This document shows, piece by piece, positions 56,854 to 64,000 of a DNA stretch of 64,000 nucleotides. A program made the translations under genes and the position numbers. Below the pieces are notes generated by a model. The model had not been told where the DNA came from. It saw nothing but the letters and a program-made list of their open reading frames with translations, and did not search any database. The first letter of the stretch is position 1; each line of letters opens with the position of its first letter. Source of the stretch: Alphaproteobacteria bacterium (lineage in GTDB: Bacteria > Pseudomonadota > Alphaproteobacteria > MPNO01); the NCBI GenBank assembly GCA_964291675.2, contig OZ219865.1, forward strand, positions 736,001-800,000, read 5' to 3'.

Positions 56854-58242
56854 TTACTGAACCAGCGATGCGGCCCTGCGCTCGGCCGCCGCCGCGGCCT
56901 CGCCGTCGCCCAGGGCGGCGAGGACGCGTGCGTAGTGCCGCAGCGCGATCGGGCTGTTCGGCCTTTCCTCGCATCTCTCGGCGAGCAGCGAGCAGGCCAG
57001 CCGTTCGCGGCCCGCCCGTTCGGCGGCGTGGATCAGCATGCGGCGGAACATGTCGCGCTGCGCGTGGCTGCCGCCGACCGACCGGATTCCGCGGCGCCGC
57101 GGATAGAGCAGGTCGACCGCACCCCGCCAGTCGTCGGCCTTCGCCGCCGCCGCGGCGCGGCAGAGCGCGAGGCCGTGCTCTGCCATCACCCCCGACTGGC
57201 TCTGCTGGGCGTCCTGCGCGAACGCCTCGGCGGCCGCGATCAGCGCATCGAGCGCTTCGCTCCGCCCGGCCGCCGCGAAGGCCATCGCGTAGTGCGCGTC
57301 GGCGAAGACGAGCTGCAGGTCCGCCGCCCGCTCGGCCGCGGCATCGGCCACGCGCTCCCACCGCTCGCCCACATCGACGCCCTCCTCCTCGAGGCGCCAC
57401 AGCAGCGACACCGCATTGCAGATATCGAGATATTCGAAGGCGTCCTCGGGCACCACCTCGCGGTCGTAGAGTTCGAGCACGGCGTCGAACCGGCCGAGCT
57501 CGAAATGGAACAGCGCGCGATGCCACCAGAGATGGTTGACGACCGCGTTGCAGCCGGCGAAACCGTCCGCGCGGCCGTCGATCCAGGCGATCCCCTCGTC
57601 CTGCCGCCCGGTCATCTCCATGACATGCGCCACGGCGTGCGTGGCCCAGAGGTCGGCGCCGTCCAGCTCGACCGCGCGGCGACCGCGGCGCTCCGCCTCC
57701 CCGTAGGCGCCGCATTCCTCCAGCGCGAAGGCCGACATGCCGAGCACCTTGCCGCAATCCGGCACCGATTCGTCCCATTGGGGCGCGACGCGGGCCTGAA
57801 TCTCGCGCATGCCCCAACAGTCCCCGAGATAGAAGTTCCAGTATTCCGAGAGCTTGAGCGCGAGCACGTCGCGCGGCCACTCGGTCAGGATTTCGTCCCA
57901 CGCCGCCAGCGCTCGCCTCTGGTCGCCGGCGGACCAGGCCGCGAGGGCGTGGATGTGCATCTCCTCGCGCCGGTTGCAGCCGCCCTCGCCCGCCGCCGCG
58001 CGCGCGGCCTCCAGCGAGGATTGCGCGCGCCCGAGCAGCCTGCGGCTCGCGAACAGCAGCATGAAATAGCCGCGCAGCACATGCGCGAGAACGAAGCCCG
58101 GGTCGGCGTCCAGCGTCGCCTTCAAGTGGTCGCCGGTATCGGCTCTCAGGCCGAGATAGGCGCCGACCGTGCGGTCGAATCCCGCCACCGCCGCCTCGTT
58201 CGCGGCCGTGATGTCGAGCCCCCTGCAATCCGTCCTGCCCAC
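56854..58242 (-). CDS. TPR protein, TTC38-like
   Basis: PRDVLAL, GMSAFALEE, WATHAVAHVMEM, HLWWH, GGSHAQRD. Start uncertain (58242 or 58275). Confidence 0.8.
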   Translation of the reverse strand: MGRTDCRGLDITAANEAAVAGFDRTVGAYLGLRADTGDHLKATLDADPGFVLAHVLRGYFMLLFASRRLLGRAQSSLEAARAAAGEGGCNRREEMHIHALAAWSAGDQRRALAAWDEILTEWPRDVLALKLSEYWNFYLGDCWGMREIQARVAPQWDESVPDCGKVLGMSAFALEECGAYGEAERRGRRAVELDGADLWATHAVAHVMEMTGRQDEGIAWIDGRADGFAGCNAVVNHLWWHRALFHFELGRFDAVLELYDREVVPEDAFEYLDICNAVSLLWRLEEEGVDVGERWERVADAAAERAADLQLVFADAHYAMAFAAAGRSEALDALIAAAEAFAQDAQQSQSGVMAEHGLALCRAAAAAKADDWRGAVDLLYPRRRGIRSVGGSHAQRDMFRRMLIHAAERAGRERLACSLLAERCEERPNSPIALRHYARVLAALGDGEAAAAAERRAASLVQ

Positions 58243-58352
58243 CTCGCCCTCCCCTGCGCGGGCGCAGGCTATCACGGCGCGGGACGGACAGAAATGCGGC
58301 GGAGGTCCGTGGCATTCACTATGCTGACGGGAGCCAGGGAAAGGATCGAGCC

Positions 58353-59693
58353 ATGGACGGCGGGTTGAGCCCGGAACAGGTCGGCTTGCAGGCGCGCGCG
58401 CGGGCGCTGGCGGAAGGCCACGTCGCGGGCCGCGCGGCCGAGATCGACGAGACCCGCGACTACCCCTGGGACACGGTCGAGCGGCTGAAGCAGGCCGGCT
58501 TCATGGGGATGACGGTGCCGGAGCCGCTCGGCGGCCAGGGTCTCGGCTTCCTGGAGGCCTCGCTGGCGATCGAAGAATTCGCCAAAGTCTGCGCGGTGAC
58601 CGGGCGCATCGTCGTCGAGTCCAATATGGGCGCGATCTCCGCCGTCATGGCCTACGGAACCGAGGCGCAGAAGCGGCAATGGGCGGACGGCGTGCTCGGC
58701 GGCGACAAGCCGGCGATCTGCATCACCGAGCCCGAGGCCGGCAGCGCGGCGTCCGAGCTGACCACGCGCGCGGACCGACGGGGCGGCGAGTTCGTCGTCA
58801 ACGGCCGCAAGCACTGGATCACCGGCGGCGGCGTCTCGCGCCTGCACCTGGTCTTCGCCCGGGTGTTCGACGAGCGCGGCGAGGAAGAGGGAATCGCGGG
58901 GTTCGTCGCGACCCGCGACGAGACGCCCGGCCTGGTCGTCGGCGTGCGCGAACGCACGATGGGCCTGCGCGGCATTCCCGAGACCGAGATCCTGTTCGAG
59001 GACATGGTGGTGCCGCAGTCGGCCATGGTGGTCCCGCCGCGGGGCTTGCGCAAGGGATTCGCCGACCTGATGAACGCCTATAACAGCCAGCGCGTCGGCG
59101 CCGCGACGGTGGCGCTCGGCGTCGCCGCCGGGGCCTTCGACCACGCGCTGGACTACGCCAAGACGCGCGAGCAGTTCGGCCGGCCGATCTGCGAGTTCCA
59201 GGGCCTGCAATGGATGCTGGCCGACATGTCGATCGAGATCGAGGCGGCGCGGGCGATGATCCGCCGGGCCGCGCTGTCGGCGGGGGACGGCTTTCCCGAC
59301 ATGCTGATGGCCGCCCAGGCCAAGGTGCTGGCGAGCGAGATGGCGATCCGCGTGACCAACGACGCGCTGCAGGTCTTCGGCGCCGCCGGCTACTCCCAGT
59401 CGCGCCCGCTGGAGCGCATGGTCCGCGATGCGCGGATGTTCGCGATCGGCGGCGGCACCGCGCAGATCCTGAGAACCTTGGTCGCCGGCAGGCTGCTCGA
59501 ACGCAGGCTGCCGCAGACCCGCGACGGCTATGCCCGGACGGAGGCCGAGACCGGCGGCAAGACGGCAAAGCGACAGGCGCGGGAGGCCCAGGCGCTGCGC
59601 CAGAACCTCAAGCGGCGGAAGGCGCAGGGCCGGGCGCGCGACGCCGCCGACGCGGATCGCGGCGCCGGCGCAGGCGTCGTCGAAACGCCCTGA
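58353..59693 (+). CDS. Acyl-CoA dehydrogenase-fold protein, probable 3-sulfinopropanoyl-CoA desulfinase, with a C-terminal extension
   Basis: TEPEAGS and REQFGRPI mark the ACAD fold. GRIVVESNMG, PAICITEP, YNSQRVG and IGGGTAQ (no catalytic Glu at the GEG position) match the desulfinase branch as I recall it. Confidence 0.8.
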   Translation: MDGGLSPEQVGLQARARALAEGHVAGRAAEIDETRDYPWDTVERLKQAGFMGMTVPEPLGGQGLGFLEASLAIEEFAKVCAVTGRIVVESNMGAISAVMAYGTEAQKRQWADGVLGGDKPAICITEPEAGSAASELTTRADRRGGEFVVNGRKHWITGGGVSRLHLVFARVFDERGEEEGIAGFVATRDETPGLVVGVRERTMGLRGIPETEILFEDMVVPQSAMVVPPRGLRKGFADLMNAYNSQRVGAATVALGVAAGAFDHALDYAKTREQFGRPICEFQGLQWMLADMSIEIEAARAMIRRAALSAGDGFPDMLMAAQAKVLASEMAIRVTNDALQVFGAAGYSQSRPLERMVRDARMFAIGGGTAQILRTLVAGRLLERRLPQTRDGYARTEAETGGKTAKRQAREAQALRQNLKRRKAQGRARDAADADRGAGAGVVETP

Positions 59694-59778
59694 CAACCGG
59701 TTGTGGAAATCGGCATCGCGGGCGGCTATACATCCGCCCTGCATGCCCGGACCCTTACTCGTTCCCGTCCGATAGTCG

Positions 59779-61046
<1,268 letters not shown>

Positions 61047-61050
<4 letters not shown>

Positions 61051-61481
61051 CGCGCAAGCTCGCCCTCATCGCGCGCGACCCCGAAGACCTCGAAGTGGTC
61101 TCCTCGCTGCTCCAGGATGCGATCGTGCAGGTCGGCGAAATGACCTATGTCCGGGACGAGGGCCGGTTCGTGCTGATCGCGAGCCGCTTCCGCCGCGACC
61201 CGGAGACCGGCGAGGCCGCATCTCCGCCCGGCGTCTTCGAGAGGGTGAGCTGCGCGCTCCGCTTCGACCGGGTGAGCGCGGTGAAGCGGCGCAACCTGGA
61301 CCCCGCCCGGCTGTCCCGCGTGCTGTCCCTGCTCGCCATCCGCTGCGAGGAAGGGTATATCGACCTCGTCTTCTCCGGCGACCATGCGGTCCGGCTGGTC
61401 ACTGACGAGATCGCATGCCGGATCGACGACCTGGATTTGGGGTGGCCGACACGGTTGAAGCCGGATCACCCGGAGAGCTGA
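61047..61481 (+). CDS. DUF2948 family protein
   Basis: [25 protein letters not shown]. Position after murA is typical. Confidence 0.85.
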
Positions 61482-61493
61482 GGCGGGGCTGAA

Positions 61494-62156
61494 GTGGATT
61501 CGAGCAAGGCACTGGTGCTGGCGCTGCCGCGCGGGCGCATTCTCGCCGAGGTGATGCCGCTGCTCTCGCGCGCCGGCATCGTGCCGGATGGCGGTTTCGA
61601 CGAGAAGGACGAGCGCGCCCTCCAGTTCCCCACCAATATCGAGAACTTCTCCATCATCCGGGTGCGCAGCTTCGACGTCGCCACCTTCGTCGCCTTCGGC
61701 GCGGCCCATCTCGGCATCGCCGGCAACGACGTGCTCATGGAGTTCGACTACCCGGAGATCTACGCGCCGCTCGACCTCGGGGTCGGCAGGTGCCGGATGG
61801 CGGTCGCCGCGACGCCGGAGCTGCTGGAGACCGAGAAGCCCGAACGCTGGAGCCACGTGCGCGTCGCCACCAAGTACCCCGCGATCACCAAGCGGCATTT
61901 CGCCGCGCGCAACGTTCAGGCGGAATGCATCAAGCTCAACGGCGCGCTGGAGCTCGCGCCCCGGCTCGGGCTGTGCCGCCGGGTGGTCGACCTGGTCTCG
62001 ACCGGCGCCACGCTTCGCGCCAACGGGCTGGTCGAGGTGGAGACCATCGCGCATATCACCTCGCGGCTCGCGGTCAACCGGGCGGCGCTGAAGACCCGGT
62101 CGGAAGAGATCAACCTCTGGATCGACCGTTTCCGGGACGCCCTCGATGCCGGCTAG
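61494..62156 (+). CDS. hisG: ATP phosphoribosyltransferase, short form
   Basis: ALPRGRI, VRSFDV, RVATKYP, KLNGALE, VDLVSTGATL. Confidence 0.95.
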   Translation: MDSSKALVLALPRGRILAEVMPLLSRAGIVPDGGFDEKDERALQFPTNIENFSIIRVRSFDVATFVAFGAAHLGIAGNDVLMEFDYPEIYAPLDLGVGRCRMAVAATPELLETEKPERWSHVRVATKYPAITKRHFAARNVQAECIKLNGALELAPRLGLCRRVVDLVSTGATLRANGLVEVETIAHITSRLAVNRAALKTRSEEINLWIDRFRDALDAG

Positions 62157-62339
62157 CCCGCATTTCCCACCCCTGTCTTGGCCTGCGCGGCGCTGTCCGG
62201 CCGACAGGGCAGGAGAGGCGTGCGGCGCGATGCGGGGACATCGGGCAAGCGCGTCTGCGCACCCTGTCGGCCGGACAGCGCCGCCCGAAGGGTCGCGCCC
62301 GGGCGCGACGCAGGCCGTGACAGGGGTGAGAAATGCCGG
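62157..62339. mobile_element. 183-bp MITE-like element with long imperfect TIRs, flanked by a CTAG duplication
   Basis: Left CCCGCATTTCCCACCCCTGTC versus reverse complement of the right end CCGGCATTTCTCACCCCTGTC (19/21). Inner arms GCGGCGCTGTCCGGCCGACAGGG and CCCTGTCGGCCGGACAGCGCCGC. CTAG at 62153-62156 and 62340-62343. Confidence 0.85.
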
Positions 62340-63640
62340 CTAGGCTGGACAGCGCGCATCCCGGGTTCCGGGACGCCTTCGAGGCGCTGCTCGCGCGGCC
62401 CCCGGAGACCCAGGCGGAGGTGGCCCGGGAGGTCGCGCGCATCGTCGCCGAGATACGCGAGGAAGGCGATGGCGCGCTGCTGCGCCACACCGCCGCGCTG
62501 GACGGTTTTCAGGCGGACAGCGTCGCGGCGCTGCTGGTGCCGGAGGACGAGATCGCCGCGGCGCGCGGCGCCTGCGGGGCGGAACTGATCGGCGCCCTGG
62601 AAGCAGCCGAGGCGCGCATCGCCGCCTTCCACGCCCGCCAGATGCCGGAGCCGCTGTCCTATGTCGACGACGCCGGGGTGCGCCTCGGGCAGCGCTGGAC
62701 GCCGCTCGACGCGGTCGGGATCTACGTGCCGGGCGGCACCGCGTCCTACCCGAGCTCGGTGCTGATGAACGCCGTTCCGGCCCGCATCGCGGGCGTCGGG
62801 CGCATCGCGATGGCGGTCCCGGCGCCGGGCGGGTGCGTCGCGGCCCCGGTGCTGGCCGCCGCGGCGATCGCCGGGGTGAGCGAGATCTGGCGCATCGGCG
62901 GCGCGCAGGCCGTCGCCGCGCTCGCCTGGGGCACCGCGACCATCCGCCCGGTCGACAAGATCGCCGGGCCCGGCAATGCCTGGGTGGCGGAGGCCAAGCG
63001 CCAGGTGTTCGGCAAGGTGGGCATAGACCTGATCGCGGGGCCGTCGGAGATCCTCGTCGTCGCCGATGCCGCCAACGACCCGGCCTGGATCGCCGCCGAT
63101 CTGCTGTCGCAGGCGGAACACGACCCGGTGGCGCAGCCCGTACTGATCGCCGACGATGGCGGGTTCGCCGACCGGGTCGTCGCGGCGGCCGAGGCGCATC
63201 TCGCGGCACTGCCGCGCGCCGATATCGCGCGCGCGAGCTGGGAGGATCGCGGCGCGGTCATCGTCGTCGGCTCGCTCGACGAGGCGCCGGCGCTGATCGA
63301 CCGCATCGCGCCGGAACATCTGGAGCTCGCGATCGCCGATCCCGACCGCCTTGCCAGGCGGGTGCGCCATGCGGGCGCGATCTTCCTCGGACGCCACACC
63401 CCGGAGGCGATCGGCGACTACGTGGCGGGGCCCAACCACGTGCTCCCGACCGCCGGCAGCGCGCGCTTCGCCTCGGGGCTCGGCGTGCTCGACTTCATGA
63501 AGCGGACATCCATCGTGGGCTGCGACGAAGCCGCCTTCGCGGCGATCGCCCCGGCCGCGGTCTGCCTCGCCCGCGCCGAGGGGCTCGACGCGCATGCCCT
63601 GTCGCTGACCATCCGGACCAATTATCCGACAGATTGTTGA
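62333..63640 (+). CDS. hisD: Histidinol dehydrogenase
   Basis: [52 protein letters not shown]. Confidence 0.97.
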   Translation: MPARLDSAHPGFRDAFEALLARPPETQAEVAREVARIVAEIREEGDGALLRHTAALDGFQADSVAALLVPEDEIAAARGACGAELIGALEAAEARIAAFHARQMPEPLSYVDDAGVRLGQRWTPLDAVGIYVPGGTASYPSSVLMNAVPARIAGVGRIAMAVPAPGGCVAAPVLAAAAIAGVSEIWRIGGAQAVAALAWGTATIRPVDKIAGPGNAWVAEAKRQVFGKVGIDLIAGPSEILVVADAANDPAWIAADLLSQAEHDPVAQPVLIADDGGFADRVVAAAEAHLAALPRADIARASWEDRGAVIVVGSLDEAPALIDRIAPEHLELAIADPDRLARRVRHAGAIFLGRHTPEAIGDYVAGPNHVLPTAGSARFASGLGVLDFMKRTSIVGCDEAAFAAIAPAAVCLARAEGLDAHALSLTIRTNYPTDC

Positions 63641-63643
63641 AAG

Positions 63644-64000
63644 ATGGCCCCCGCCCAGGAACGACGGCTGATCGATATCGTCCTCGACGACGGGCCGGTG
63701 ATTCGCCGCAGCGCCGAGGTCGAGCACGAGCGCCAGGTCGCGGTGTTCGACCTCCTCGAAGCCAACGACTTCGCCCTCGTCGACGGGCCGCCCGGCCCCT
63801 ACGCCCTGACCATCGGGATCGAGGAGAACCGACTGGTCTTCGACATCCGCGACGAGGCCGGCGTGCAGCTCGCCAGGATACGGCTGTCGCTGGCGCCGTT
63901 CCGCGGCGTCGTGCGCGACTACTTCACCCTGTGCGAGGCCTATTACGAGGCGATCAAGACGGCGAGCCTGGCGCGTATCGAGGCCATCGACATGGGACGG
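63644..64000 (+). CDS. UPF0262 family protein (3' end outside the window)
   Basis: My translation gives EVEHERQVAVFDLLEAN...VRDYFTLCEAYYEAIK...IEAIDMGR. Position after hisD is typical. Confidence 0.88.
   Translation, partial: MAPAQERRLIDIVLDDGPVIRRSAEVEHERQVAVFDLLEANDFALVDGPPGPYALTIGIEENRLVFDIRDEAGVQLARIRLSLAPFRGVVRDYFTLCEAYYEAIKTASLARIEAIDMGR

Overview
High-GC (roughly 70% by eye) bacterial chromosome segment, most likely alphaproteobacterial given the murA-DUF2948-hisG-hisD-UPF0262 order and CGTC-type palindromic repeats. About 59 kb is a dense organic-acid catabolic and transport region. It holds ald, a prpDBC methylcitrate operon, and a roughly 19 kb, mostly minus-strand cluster with three UbiD decarboxylases, an amidohydrolase-fold protein coupled to a Rieske ferredoxin, TPP enzymes, alpha-hydroxy-acid oxidases, cupins and an ABC importer. 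It also holds two TRAP systems, a split TTT system, CoA-chemistry genes and an orphan molybdenum hydroxylase large subunit. The last 4 kb is housekeeping. Less obvious signals: (1) a hidden selenoprotein (AhpD-like, CRY-UGA-T with a SECIS-like hairpin) that the ORF track splits in two; (2) a 593-bp MITE with a 9-bp target duplication inserted in the loop of a REP hairpin; (3) a 183-bp MITE at the hisG/hisD junction whose end rebuilds the hisD start codon and the coupling geometry; (4) a 120-bp duplicated dctM 3' end bracketing a MOSC gene; (5) a candidate amidohydrolase-related dinuclear oxygenase plus triple-UbiD pathway of unknown substrate. I saw no rRNA, tRNA, CRISPR array, transposase or integrase. 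All family calls come from reading motifs by eye, not from database searches.
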